The notes beneath the pieces are model-generated. The model saw only the letters and a list, made by a program, of their open reading frames with translations. It was not told where the DNA came from and did not search any database. From a virus (lineage: Duplodnaviria; Caudoviricetes): 54,971 nt of DNA. Shown piece after piece: positions 10,101 to 19,364 of the stretch. The position numbers and the translations under genes are program-made. The stretch is taken from positions 1 to 54,971 of IMG/VR virus record IMGVR_UViG_3300024999_000135, one strand, 5' to 3'. Within the stretch, counting starts at the first letter, position 1, and the number at the start of each line of letters is the position of its first letter.

Positions 10101-10110
10101 TAATATAGAG

Positions 10111-11028
10111 TTGGAAGATAGAAATTATATATTATATATGCATATTAATAAAATAAATAATAAAAAATATATTGGTATTACATGTCAAAATCCAGAAAAA
10201 CGATGGAGAAAAGGCAAAGGATATAAATATTATTTTAAAAATGCAATTCAATTATATGGATGGCATAATTTTAAACATTTAATTTTAGCTTCAAATTTAA
10301 CTGAGACAGAAGCTAAAAATTTTGAAAAAATACTCATTGATAAATTACGAAGCAATAATATAAATTATGGATATAATTTAACTAATGGTGGTGAAGGGAC
10401 TAGAGGATATAAACATACAGAATTATCAAAACAAAAAATGAGTGAAAATAAAAAGGGTAAATATACTGGAAGTAATAATCATTTTTATAAAAAAACTCAT
10501 AGTAATGAAATTAAAGAAAAATTTAGTCAAGATCGCAAAGGTAGAAAACTATCAAAAGAATGGAAAGAAAAATTAAGGGAATCACATTTTAAAAAAATAA
10601 TCAATATAGATACGGGAGAAATATTTGATAGTATTTTAGATGCTTCAAAAAAATATAATGTTACAAATACTAATTTAGTAAAATGTTGCAAAGGAAAAAC
10701 AAAAACTTGTAAAGGATATAGATGGATGTATTTAAAAGATTATGAAAATAGTGATAAATGTTTTATACCTCTTAATGAATTTTTATTAGGAATTGAAAAA
10801 ACAAAATATAAAAACAGTGGTAAAAATAAAAAATCTGTTATTTGCTTAAATACTAAAGAAATTTTTAACTCAATAAGTGAAGCAAGTATAAAATATAAAA
10901 TATCAACCGGAAGTATATGTAATTGTTGCAAAAAGAAAATTAATTCAGTAAAACATCCAGAAACAGGTGAACCTTTAAAATGGATGTATTACGATGAATA
11001 CATAGAACAACAAAATAAAAGTGCTTAA
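10111..11028 (+). CDS. Free-standing GIY-YIG homing endonuclease with NUMOD3/NUMOD1-type DNA-binding repeats
   Basis: ILY...KKYIGIT, YGYNLTNGGEG, HT/HS.E.K.K repeats and two IF.SI..AS...CC HTH repeats. Confidence 0.9.
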   Translation: MEDRNYILYMHINKINNKKYIGITCQNPEKRWRKGKGYKYYFKNAIQLYGWHNFKHLILASNLTETEAKNFEKILIDKLRSNNINYGYNLTNGGEGTRGYKHTELSKQKMSENKKGKYTGSNNHFYKKTHSNEIKEKFSQDRKGRKLSKEWKEKLRESHFKKIINIDTGEIFDSILDASKKYNVTNTNLVKCCKGKTKTCKGYRWMYLKDYENSDKCFIPLNEFLLGIEKTKYKNSGKNKKSVICLNTKEIFNSISEASIKYKISTGSICNCCKKKINSVKHPETGEPLKWMYYDEYIEQQNKSA

Positions 11029-11048
11029 AATAAAGGAGGTTATATTTT

Positions 11049-11271
11049 ATGCGTAAAAAGAAAATTATTGAAATAAAAAGAAATAATGACGGAGTTGTAA
11101 AAGAAGTAAGGCTTGATGGGAATAAAACATTCACTAAATTAAATACAGTATTAAATATGGCTAAAAATAATGAAATAGAAAATGTTCATGTATCTACTTC
11201 ATTAAAAAAACAATGAATATTTAAGGTCTAATCCAAATAAAAACAAAAAAGATAATTTAAATAATATTTAA
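11049..11271 (+). pseudogene. DUF3892-like protein, frameshifted at A7 (11204-11210)
   Basis: MRKKKII...NVHVSTSL continues in another frame as NEYLRSNPNKNKKDNL. Confidence 0.65.
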
Positions 11272-11273
11272 GT

Positions 11274-11451
11274 AATTAATAAAATCTTCGTTTTATCATG
11301 ATATAGGTAAAATTACGCAATATCGTAATAATATTAATTTTACCTATATCAATACCAACAAACCCTTAATATATAAGGATTTAAGAGCAATTATATACAT
11401 AAAATAAAAGTATAATATAAATATTAACACCAAAGAAAGATTTGGTTCAAA
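11274..11451. repeat. Two dif-like cores (11274-11301, 11424-11451) enclosing an inverted repeat and an ACAAACCCTT motif
   Basis: aattaataaaa tcttcg ttttatcatga; gatataggtaaaatta...taattttacctatatc; caaacccttaatatataagg; ttaacaccaaa gaaaga tttggttcaaa. Confidence 0.55.
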
Positions 11452-11455
11452 CTTC

Positions 11456-11484
11456 TTGTCAAGTTATCATTAAAATGTTAAAAT
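11456..11484 (+). promoter_or_regulatory. SigA-type promoter
   Basis: TTGTCA-17 nt-TAAAAT with TG. Confidence 0.65.
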
Positions 11485-11506
11485 AAATAAAGGAAAATTA
11501 ATTATT

Positions 11507-11797
11507 ATGGAAAATAATAAAACATTAGAAAAAATAAATAATACATATCAAAATAATTTAGAGCAAATTGAAAAAGTATTATTAAATATTGGAATTAATA
11601 TAAGAAAAGATAAAGATGAATTGAAATCATTATCAGAAGTACTTGAAGAAATATCTACAAAATGGGATGAATTATCTACAGAAGAAAATAAGTTTATTAA
11701 TAAATGGATTTGTATGAATATAGCAGGTATAAAAGATGAGAATTATTTAAGGGTTTTAATTGATAAATTGAATAATAATATAGATAAGGAGAATTAA
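11507..11797 (+). CDS. Small protein resembling an internal segment of phage tail tape-measure proteins
   Basis: EKVL.NIGINIR..DE.KSLSEVLEEIS.KWDELS...IAG pattern. Confidence 0.5.
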   Translation: MENNKTLEKINNTYQNNLEQIEKVLLNIGINIRKDKDELKSLSEVLEEISTKWDELSTEENKFINKWICMNIAGIKDENYLRVLIDKLNNNIDKEN

Positions 11798-11798
11798 A

Positions 11799-12032
11799 TT
11801 GAAAGATATTCGTTGTTTATTTGGTATTCATGATTGGAAATATGAAGCAACAGCAATTCGTAGTTGTGGTTCTGAATTAGAAAAACATTATCGTTGTACA
11901 AGATGTGGAGAAAGAAAATATATGGGTTGTGATACAAGTCCTGAAGGATGTAAATATTTTAAGTTTCCTAGATGTATTTATGTTACAGTAGATAATCCAG
12001 AGTGTTATAGAATGAGAAATAATAAATCTTGA
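11799..12032 (+). CDS. Cys-rich small protein (DUF1660-like)
   Basis: RCLFGIHDWKY...CTRCG. Confidence 0.6.
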   Translation: MKDIRCLFGIHDWKYEATAIRSCGSELEKHYRCTRCGERKYMGCDTSPEGCKYFKFPRCIYVTVDNPECYRMRNNKS

Positions 12033-12057
12033 CAGAATGTAAATATAATGATAAAAT
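12029..12057 (+). promoter_or_regulatory. SigA-type promoter
   Basis: TTGACA-17 nt-TAAAAT with TG. Confidence 0.8.
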
Positions 12058-12100
12058 ACGTTTGGAATGAAAATAAATTTTTAAAAAGGAGAATAAAAAT

Positions 12101-12493
12101 ATGTCAAATGAATTATGGAATAAATTAGCACAACAATCAATGTTATCTATTAATACAAATAATGAATATGATAATCCTATCAACACAATAGAGAAAGATA
12201 ATAAAAAGTATTTACAGTATGAATTAATAGGGTTGAATAGCAAACATATTAAAGTTGAGAAGAAATTTGTTAACAGAACTAGAGAGTTATTTGTTATTGT
12301 AACTGGTAAATTCAAAGATGAAGTAACTGGATGGGAAAATGATATTAATATTAATTTAAGAGTAGATTGGAGAGTATATGATAAGGTTACATATAATATT
12401 CAAGACGGTATTTTAACTATTATATTACATGAAATTATTAATGAAGAACCAGAGGTAGAATTATATCCTGATTATGGTTGGATGAATTTATAA
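12101..12493 (+). CDS. Possible Hsp20/alpha-crystallin-like protein
   Basis: ELIGL...IKV and TYNIQDGILTIIL pattern. Confidence 0.5.
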   Translation: MSNELWNKLAQQSMLSINTNNEYDNPINTIEKDNKKYLQYELIGLNSKHIKVEKKFVNRTRELFVIVTGKFKDEVTGWENDININLRVDWRVYDKVTYNIQDGILTIILHEIINEEPEVELYPDYGWMNL

Positions 12494-12509
12494 TATTTGA
12501 AATTAGGTA

Positions 12510-12538
12510 TTGACAGAATGATAAAATAATGTTAGAAT
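12510..12538 (+). promoter_or_regulatory. SigA-type promoter of the ligase-macrodomain-PARP operon
   Basis: TTGACA-17 nt-TAGAAT with TG. Confidence 0.8.
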
Positions 12539-12570
12539 GTGAATAGTTAAAAATTGAAGGAGGTTATATT

Positions 12571-13899
12571 TTGCAAGAAGTATTAAAGATTGTTAATCAA
12601 TTAGCGAGTACATCTAGTCGTTTAGAAAAAGAATCTATTTTAAAGAAAAATCAAAATAATCAATTATTTAAAGACATTCTTACATTTGTTTATAATACTT
12701 TAGAAGTAAAAACAGGTATTAAACGTAAAAAACTTGAGAAAAAAGTTAAATCTAAACCAACAGTAATTATAAATAATTTCTATGATTTAAGAAATTATTT
12801 ATCTAATCATAATACTGGTTCAGATGAAGTAATTGCAAATATTCAACAATTTTTATCTCAACAAGAAGATAATATGAAAGAATTCTATATTCAAATTATA
12901 CTTCAAGATTTACGTTGTGGATTAAAAGAAAAAACTATTAATAGTGCTTTTGGATATGAATTTATCTACATACATAAGTTAGAAAAAGGTGAAGTCGCAG
13001 AAGAAAAACATCTTAAATGGCTTAAAGGTAAAGAGTTTGGTATTTATAAAAAGGCCGATGGATATAGAAGTGAGATTGAAGTAGGTAATGGAAAAGTTAA
13101 AATAATGTCTTCTGGTGGAGAAATTTATAAAGAATTAGTAGATATTGAAAAAGTATTATCTGAAACTGATTTACCACATGGAGTATTTGCTTGTGAATTA
13201 TTAGCAGTAGATAATGAAGGTGTTATGTCTAGGATAGAGAGATTTAATAAAACTGGTTCCATTCTCAGAAAAGATGGAGAAAAACATGGAATAGAAGTTA
13301 ATATATTTAACTTTATACCTGATGATGGATTTTATAAAGGTTTTCATTCTATGATTTGCAGGGATAGAAAGAATTTAGCAAAAGAATTAGTTGATAAGAT
13401 CAATTCTCCTTTAGTTAAAAATATCGATCCTTTTTATGTAGGAAAAGATATTGCTCAAATTGATTATTGGTTTGAAAAAATGATGGATCAAGATGATGAG
13501 GGTGTCATGGTTTTACCTTTAGATGCTAAATATGAAGGTAAAAAATCTTATAAACAAATGTTAAAGGTTAAGACTGAAAAAGAAGCGGATTTGGTTATCA
13601 TAGGTTTTGAGAAAGGTGAAAAAGGGAAAGAATTTGAAAATACATTAGGGAAAATAATTGTAGATTATAAAGGTAAACCTGCAAAAGTAATGTGTGGTTA
13701 TAAAGTAAAATATAATCCAGATAAATACGATAATAGAATGGTAAGAGATTATATTTGGAATCATCAAGATGAATTGATGGGAAAAATTGTTAAAGTGAGA
13801 TATACAGATGAAAATGTTAATGAAAAAGGTGAATTAGATTTAAGATTGTGTAGATTGATTGAATTTAGGGATGATAAGAGTGAACCTAGTTATAATTAA
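12571..13899 (+). CDS. lig: ATP-dependent DNA ligase
   Basis: Motif I KADGYR, EGVMV, LKVK; OB domain GKIVKVRY; C-terminal FRDDK. Confidence 0.92.
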   Translation: MQEVLKIVNQLASTSSRLEKESILKKNQNNQLFKDILTFVYNTLEVKTGIKRKKLEKKVKSKPTVIINNFYDLRNYLSNHNTGSDEVIANIQQFLSQQEDNMKEFYIQIILQDLRCGLKEKTINSAFGYEFIYIHKLEKGEVAEEKHLKWLKGKEFGIYKKADGYRSEIEVGNGKVKIMSSGGEIYKELVDIEKVLSETDLPHGVFACELLAVDNEGVMSRIERFNKTGSILRKDGEKHGIEVNIFNFIPDDGFYKGFHSMICRDRKNLAKELVDKINSPLVKNIDPFYVGKDIAQIDYWFEKMMDQDDEGVMVLPLDAKYEGKKSYKQMLKVKTEKEADLVIIGFEKGEKGKEFENTLGKIIVDYKGKPAKVMCGYKVKYNPDKYDNRMVRDYIWNHQDELMGKIVKVRYTDENVNEKGELDLRLCRLIEFRDDKSEPSYN

Positions 13900-13927
13900 A
13901 ATATAAAAATAAAAGGAGGAAATTATT

Positions 13928-14350
13928 ATGATTTTAAAAGAAGAACAAAGGGATTTATTTTCAGTACCACATGGTTATTATTTTGCACATTGTATTTCTG
14001 GTGACTTTGCTTTAGGTGCAGGAATTGCAGTAAAATTTAATGAATTATATAATATGCGTAAGAAATTGAAAGGTTTATATGATTATGAGATTACTGATAA
14101 TTGTGCTATTCTAATTGACAATGTATTTAATCTAGTAACTAAACGAAGAGCATTTCATAAACCTACATATGAAAGTTTACGAGAAGCATTAGAGGATATG
14201 ATTGAGACAATTGAGACATTAGAAATTGAAAAAATTGCTATGCCGATGATAGGATGTGGACTAGACAAACTTTCTTGGGATAGAGTAAAAGAAATTATTG
14301 AAGAAGTATTTGAGGATGTAGATGTTGAAATTTTAGTTTGCTATTTATAG
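13928..14350 (+). CDS. Macrodomain ADP-ribose hydrolase, TARG1/OARD1/DarG-like
   Basis: AHCISGDFALGAGIAVKF, NLVTK, AMPMIGCGLDKLSW. Confidence 0.9.
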   Translation: MILKEEQRDLFSVPHGYYFAHCISGDFALGAGIAVKFNELYNMRKKLKGLYDYEITDNCAILIDNVFNLVTKRRAFHKPTYESLREALEDMIETIETLEIEKIAMPMIGCGLDKLSWDRVKEIIEEVFEDVDVEILVCYL

Positions 14351-14362
14351 GAGAGTGGATAT

Positions 14363-15586
14363 ATGCAAAATCCATTATATCTAGTTAAGGTAGAACCTAA
14401 CGCAAATAATAATAAGATGTATAGAATGATACCTAATGGAGATTATTTTGAAGTGCAATTTGGTAGAATTGGCAATTCAGGTTTTCAAACTACTTCTTAT
14501 CCTATGTCACAATGGGATAAGAAACTAAAAGAGAAGATTAAAAAAGGATATGTAGATCAGTCAAGATTAGTTGCAGAAACTACTATTACACCAAACAAGA
14601 AGAAAAAATATCTTGATATTAATAATCCTTCTATAGCACAAATTGTAGCAAGGCTTCAATCAATGGCACGACAAGCAATTAAAGATAATTATACAATAAA
14701 TTCTCAGAATGTTACTCAGGTTATGGTGGATGAGGCACAATTAATTTTAAATAACTTAATTGATACTGAAGATATTAAATTATTTAATAAAATATTAGTT
14801 GATTTATTTAAAACTATTCCTAGAAAAATGGGAAAAGTTAAAGATTATCTTGCAAAAGATGATAAAGATTTTTCAGAAATAATTCAAAGAGAACAAGATT
14901 TGCTTGATGTAATGAAATGTCAGGTTGTTGAACATTCGATAGAAGAAAAAAATGAAAATAATGTAACAGAAGTAGAAAATAATAAAACAATATTAGATGC
15001 AATGGGATTGCAATTTGAAGAAGTTACACAAGAAGAATTAAAAATGATTAAGAAAGAATTAGGTGAAATTAGTAATAAGTTTTATTCTGCATGGAAAGTT
15101 ATTAATTTAAAAACACAGGAAAGATATGATAGGTACGCACATAATAATAATATAAAAGATAAAAAATTGTTATGGCATGGTTCTCGCTCAGAGAACTTTT
15201 GGAGTATTATTAATATGGGATTATCTTTAAAACCACAAGCAATATTAACAGGATCTCTCTACGGAAATGGGATTTATTTCGCTCCAAAAGCACGTAAAAG
15301 TCTAGGCTACACATCTTTAAATGGTAGTTATTGGGTAAGAGGTAATAGTAATTCAGGGTTTATGGCTTTATTTGAAGTTACGTATGGGAAACCTTATGAT
15401 GTGTATACTTTTGATAGTAAATATCATAATTTAAATTATGAAAATCTTCAAAAGGTATGTTTTGGAGCAAATTGTTTACATGCACATGCAGGAGCAAATA
15501 TTGGATATTCAACATTAAAGAATGATGAAATAGTAGTATATAAAGAAGAACAATGTACTATTAAATATTTAATTGAATTGAGGTAA
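14363..15586 (+). CDS. PARP-like ADP-ribosyltransferase (WGR-like, helical and catalytic domains)
   Basis: NNNKMY...VQFGRIG...K.KKGY (WGR-like), TIPR, LLWHGSR, GSLYGNGIYFA...KSLGY and NDEIVVY: H-Y-E triad. Confidence 0.9.
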   Translation: MQNPLYLVKVEPNANNNKMYRMIPNGDYFEVQFGRIGNSGFQTTSYPMSQWDKKLKEKIKKGYVDQSRLVAETTITPNKKKKYLDINNPSIAQIVARLQSMARQAIKDNYTINSQNVTQVMVDEAQLILNNLIDTEDIKLFNKILVDLFKTIPRKMGKVKDYLAKDDKDFSEIIQREQDLLDVMKCQVVEHSIEEKNENNVTEVENNKTILDAMGLQFEEVTQEELKMIKKELGEISNKFYSAWKVINLKTQERYDRYAHNNNIKDKKLLWHGSRSENFWSIINMGLSLKPQAILTGSLYGNGIYFAPKARKSLGYTSLNGSYWVRGNSNSGFMALFEVTYGKPYDVYTFDSKYHNLNYENLQKVCFGANCLHAHAGANIGYSTLKNDEIVVYKEEQCTIKYLIELR

Positions 15587-15592
15587 TGATTA

Positions 15593-16324
15593 TTGATAAA
15601 AGTAAAAGAAGATTTAACAGGTAGAAAATTTGGAAGATGGAAAGTAATAAAACAAGCAGAAGATCATATTGGTAAAAGTGGAAAATCAAAAATAGCATAT
15701 TGGGTAGTTCAATGTTCTTGTGATAAAGGAACAATTTCTGAAGTGAGTGGATGTAGTTTAAAAAGAGGAGAAAGTAAAAGTTGTGGTTGTCTAAAAAGTG
15801 AAATAATAACAAAAATTAAAAATAATCAAATTAAATTTAATACATATGATTTAACAGGAGAATATGGAATAGATTATGATAGTGACAATAAAGAATTTTA
15901 TTTTGATTTAGAAGATTATGATAAAATTAAATCATTAGAAAGATGTTGGAAATTAGATAATAAAGATTATGTATATGCTAAACATAAAGATCGTAGAATT
16001 GGTTTACATAGATATTTAATGGATATAGACGATCCCAATATCATTGTTGATCACAGAGATAGAAAACCAAATAATAATAGAAAATATAATTTACGTGTTG
16101 CAGATAAACCTAAAAATGCTTTTAATCGTAAATTAAATTCAAATAATATATCTGGAGTTACAGGAGTACATTTTCATGAAAAGAAAAATAAATGGGTTGC
16201 AAAAATAAATGCAAATAGTTTAGAATTAAGGGAAAGTTTTGATTTATTTGATGATGCAGTAGAACAAAGAAAAATATGGGAAAAAGAATATCATAAAGAG
16301 TATTCTAATGGAAGATTAGAATAA
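15593..16324 (+). CDS. HNH homing endonuclease with AP2-like C-terminus
   Basis: DLTGRKFGRW, SCGC, LHRYLM, VDHRDR..NNNR..NLR, SGVTGV. Confidence 0.85.
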   Translation: MIKVKEDLTGRKFGRWKVIKQAEDHIGKSGKSKIAYWVVQCSCDKGTISEVSGCSLKRGESKSCGCLKSEIITKIKNNQIKFNTYDLTGEYGIDYDSDNKEFYFDLEDYDKIKSLERCWKLDNKDYVYAKHKDRRIGLHRYLMDIDDPNIIVDHRDRKPNNNRKYNLRVADKPKNAFNRKLNSNNISGVTGVHFHEKKNKWVAKINANSLELRESFDLFDDAVEQRKIWEKEYHKEYSNGRLE

Positions 16325-16340
16325 TGTAATTAAGTATTAA

Positions 16341-16441
16341 ATTTTGTTCAAGGGAAAATAAATTAAAAATAAATAAAATTTCCCTTGACAAAATGTAAAA
16401 ATAAATATATAATGTAAAAGGAGTAAGGAGTAAGGAGTAAG
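16341..16441 (+). promoter_or_regulatory. SigA promoter (16385-16413) with the -35 inside an inverted repeat, followed by (AAGGAGT)x3
   Basis: attttgttcaagggaaaat...attttcccttgacaaaat; TTGACA-17 nt-TATAAT. Confidence 0.75.
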
Positions 16442-16500
16442 AAACTTAATCCAAAAAACAAATTCAAAAAATTAAATTGAAAAGGAGAAATGATTTATTT

Positions 16501-16833
16501 ATGGTAGAAATTAAGGTTGATCCGTACAAATCAGTAGTAATTTTAGATGCAGATGGTGAAGAATTAACTATTTCAGAAGGAGATAGCATCCAATTCTGTC
16601 TTGATTCTGGTCTAGTAAAGGAAGGTAGAATAACAAAACTACAAGGTAAAGGAGATAAACTTAAGATTCAAATGATGCCAAAAGAAAAGGAATGTGAGGA
16701 AATTTGGCCTGCTGTAGTTATTAGTGAAGGTAGTCTTAGGTTAATTGAGGAAGATGAAAGTGGTGATGATGGAGAGGATAGTAAGGATAGTAAGGATGAT
16801 AAGGATGATAATGGTAGCGAAGATGAAGAATAG
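16501..16833 (+). CDS. Hypothetical protein with acidic tail
   Basis: AAGGAG RBS favours ATG at 16501. Confidence 0.7.
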   Translation: MVEIKVDPYKSVVILDADGEELTISEGDSIQFCLDSGLVKEGRITKLQGKGDKLKIQMMPKEKECEEIWPAVVISEGSLRLIEEDESGDDGEDSKDSKDDKDDNGSEDEE

Positions 16834-16950
16834 GGTTTAATCGGTAGATTTATTAGGATTTTGGCATATTGGTAAATTATTTAAATAGCTACATAGTTAC
16901 ATAGGAATATAAAAATAAAAATATAAATTTAAAGGAGATTAGATATACAT

Positions 16951-18000
16951 ATGGCAGAAAAAGTTAAAAAAGGTCACGGAGAACATGGTCTACCTATGAC
17001 TGAAGGGCAATTTAAAGTTAGAGGATTAGTTACTGGAACAAAAAAAGGTGATAAATTCTTTTCACAAAAGACTCAAAAAAATGGTTTTGAACGTAATAAT
17101 GTAAACTTTGCTGTAAAAACTTCGGAAGACAATGAAGTATATGTTCAAATTTCAGATTCAGAAAAAGAAGATGCCTTTTTCTATAAAAAATCTGATACAA
17201 AAGGAGAACCAGGAACTACTAAAAAGATTTCTTGGGGTCAGCGTAAAAATTTTAAAGAAGAAGGATTTACCCCTATTGGTGTCATTATAGGACTTGAAAA
17301 AGATGAAAAGAATAAAAATATAAGTAAAAGTTTATTTGAATATGATGCTGCTGAATATCTTTCTCAAAAACTTAAAGACGATATGGCAGTAATGATTGTA
17401 GGAGAATTAGAATTTAGTTCCAATGAAGGTGAAAATGGTAAAAATAGATATAAAAAACTTAAAATAAAGAAACTTTATAATTCTATTGTAGATTTTTCTA
17501 AAGAGGATTTTAAAGAAGAAAGTCATTTTAAACAAAAGTGTATCTTTATGGACATTACTCAAGCTAAAAAAGATAATAAACCAGATATCGAAGATCCTCG
17601 TTGGATTGTAAAAGCTAAAATTGTTACTTATAAAACACTTGAAGATATTGAATATATTATAAGGAATAAAGTTCTTGCAAATAATTTTAAAAAGCATTTA
17701 AAACCTTATAATAGAATTTCTGTTCATGGAGTAATAAATAATAAGCGTATGGCAGAAGAAATTAAAAATACTCCTAATGACGATTGGGGTGGAGAATCAG
17801 ATCCATTTAATTTTATTGGTACACCTCGTAAATTTGAGTTTGAAATTACAGGTATTGATACAAAAGATATTGATACCAAAACTTATTCAGAAGATATTAT
17901 AATTAATGCATTTAAAGCACAAGATGAATTTGGAAGCGAAGATGTACCTTGGAACAGTGATGATAATACAATAGAAGAAGATGATGAAGTAGGTTGGTAA
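16951..18000 (+). CDS. Putative single-stranded DNA-binding protein (SPbeta YorF-like position)
   Basis: Beta-rich with acidic/aromatic C-terminal tail (EEDDEVGW); first gene of the replication cluster. Confidence 0.55.
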   Translation: MAEKVKKGHGEHGLPMTEGQFKVRGLVTGTKKGDKFFSQKTQKNGFERNNVNFAVKTSEDNEVYVQISDSEKEDAFFYKKSDTKGEPGTTKKISWGQRKNFKEEGFTPIGVIIGLEKDEKNKNISKSLFEYDAAEYLSQKLKDDMAVMIVGELEFSSNEGENGKNRYKKLKIKKLYNSIVDFSKEDFKEESHFKQKCIFMDITQAKKDNKPDIEDPRWIVKAKIVTYKTLEDIEYIIRNKVLANNFKKHLKPYNRISVHGVINNKRMAEEIKNTPNDDWGGESDPFNFIGTPRKFEFEITGIDTKDIDTKTYSEDIIINAFKAQDEFGSEDVPWNSDDNTIEEDDEVGW

Positions 18001-18008
18001 TATCTGTT

Positions 18009-18083
18009 TTATTAATTATTAATTATTAATTATTAATTATTAATTAAATATTAGTAGTAAGTAATAATTATTACTTACTACTA
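18009..18083. repeat. (TTATTAA)x5 tandem repeat and a perfect 32-bp palindrome
   Basis: Repeat at 18009-18043; tagtagtaagtaataattattacttactacta at 18052-18083. Confidence 0.9.
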
Positions 18084-18124
18084 TAATAAAAATAAAAAAT
18101 AAAAATAAAGGAAGGTAATTATAT

Positions 18125-19294
18125 ATGGCAAGAGCAAGAATTGGTAGTAATGTAGAAAAAGGATTAAAGTATTTTGTTTATGGTAAACATGGTACAAGAA
18201 AAAGTAACTGTGTGGCTGATTTTGCAAAAATGAAAAAAAATGATAGACCTTTAAGAGTATTATATCTTGACTGTGAAACAGGTAGTATTGATGGTTTTGG
18301 TTTAGATAGACTTGAATCTGAAGGGGTAGACCTTAGAAATATTTACATAGTTTATACTTCTGCACTATCTGAAGTTAGATATTATTGTGATAAAGCTATT
18401 AAAAATGAAACATTATATCATCTTGATGAAGAAGGAATCGAAACAGAAGAAATAGTATTAGATGCTGATGGTAATGAATTTATAGCAGATGCTATTATTA
18501 TAGATGGTATTACTGTTATTGCTGATAATGTTTCTGATGCAGCTATTAATTTATCTGAAAAAAGAGCATCAATTAGAGCTGAGTTACAAGGTAAAACATC
18601 AGACGAAAAAGAAGTAATGATTGGAACTGCTGGTTTAGAATTTAAGGATCATAATAAAATCAAGTCTAATGGTAAATCACTAGTTAGAAATCTTATTACA
18701 AACACAGATAAATATGTTGCTATTACTGGTAGAGCAAAAGATAAAAAAGAAATGGTTAAAAATAATAAAGGTGAAATGGTACTTACAAATATGGGTTATG
18801 AAGTACCTGAATCTTGGGATTTTTGTCAGTATGAAGTATTTACAGTAATTCATAATATGATAGATGCAGATGGAGAAGTTTATGGTGTAATTGAACAAAA
18901 AGATAGAACTGGTAAATATAAACCTAATGAAGTTATTAAAGAACCTTCTGTTGCTTTATGGCAAGATGTAATTGATAATAATAAAAATAGGGGTAAAAAT
19001 GTAGGAATGTCACAAGGCAATATTAATGAAGTGACAAGGAAAAATGAAGAGACATATAAAGAAATTGTGGGGTATACTGATAAACCATTAAATAACACAA
19101 ATCCACCTTCTGATGAAAATGTATCAGTAGAATCTTTAATTAAAACCTTAGAAAAAATTAAAGAAAATATGCCTCCAGCAAAACGTAAATCAATGAAACC
19201 TTTACTTGAAAATGAAGGTTTACCAATCAAATTTACATCTGATTTATCTATTGAAACACTTCAAAAAATATACGAAGTAATGACTAAAAACTAA
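18125..19294 (+). CDS. AAA_24/Sak4-like ATPase (recombination/annealing)
   Basis: YGKHGTRKS, YLDCETGS, IIIDGIT, KDRT. Confidence 0.75.
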   Translation: MARARIGSNVEKGLKYFVYGKHGTRKSNCVADFAKMKKNDRPLRVLYLDCETGSIDGFGLDRLESEGVDLRNIYIVYTSALSEVRYYCDKAIKNETLYHLDEEGIETEEIVLDADGNEFIADAIIIDGITVIADNVSDAAINLSEKRASIRAELQGKTSDEKEVMIGTAGLEFKDHNKIKSNGKSLVRNLITNTDKYVAITGRAKDKKEMVKNNKGEMVLTNMGYEVPESWDFCQYEVFTVIHNMIDADGEVYGVIEQKDRTGKYKPNEVIKEPSVALWQDVIDNNKNRGKNVGMSQGNINEVTRKNEETYKEIVGYTDKPLNNTNPPSDENVSVESLIKTLEKIKENMPPAKRKSMKPLLENEGLPIKFTSDLSIETLQKIYEVMTKN

Positions 19295-19307
19295 TGTAAT
19301 ATTAAAA

Positions 19308-19337
19308 TTAATAGGTAAGTATATACTTACCTATTAA
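19308..19337. repeat. Perfect 30-bp palindrome
   Basis: ttaataggtaagtatatacttacctattaa. Confidence 0.85.
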
Positions 19338-19364
19338 TAAATTTTTATTCTAATAGGTGATAAA

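Noticed and set aside
10021-11048. Group I intron around the GIY-YIG gene
   Set aside because: Flanking genes are not split halves of one gene and no intron core was evident; treated as free-standing
13928-15586. Classical DarTG toxin-antitoxin
   Set aside because: The transferase has PARP-type WGR-like and H-Y-E architecture rather than DarT, and the macrodomain lacks the DarG C-terminal domain
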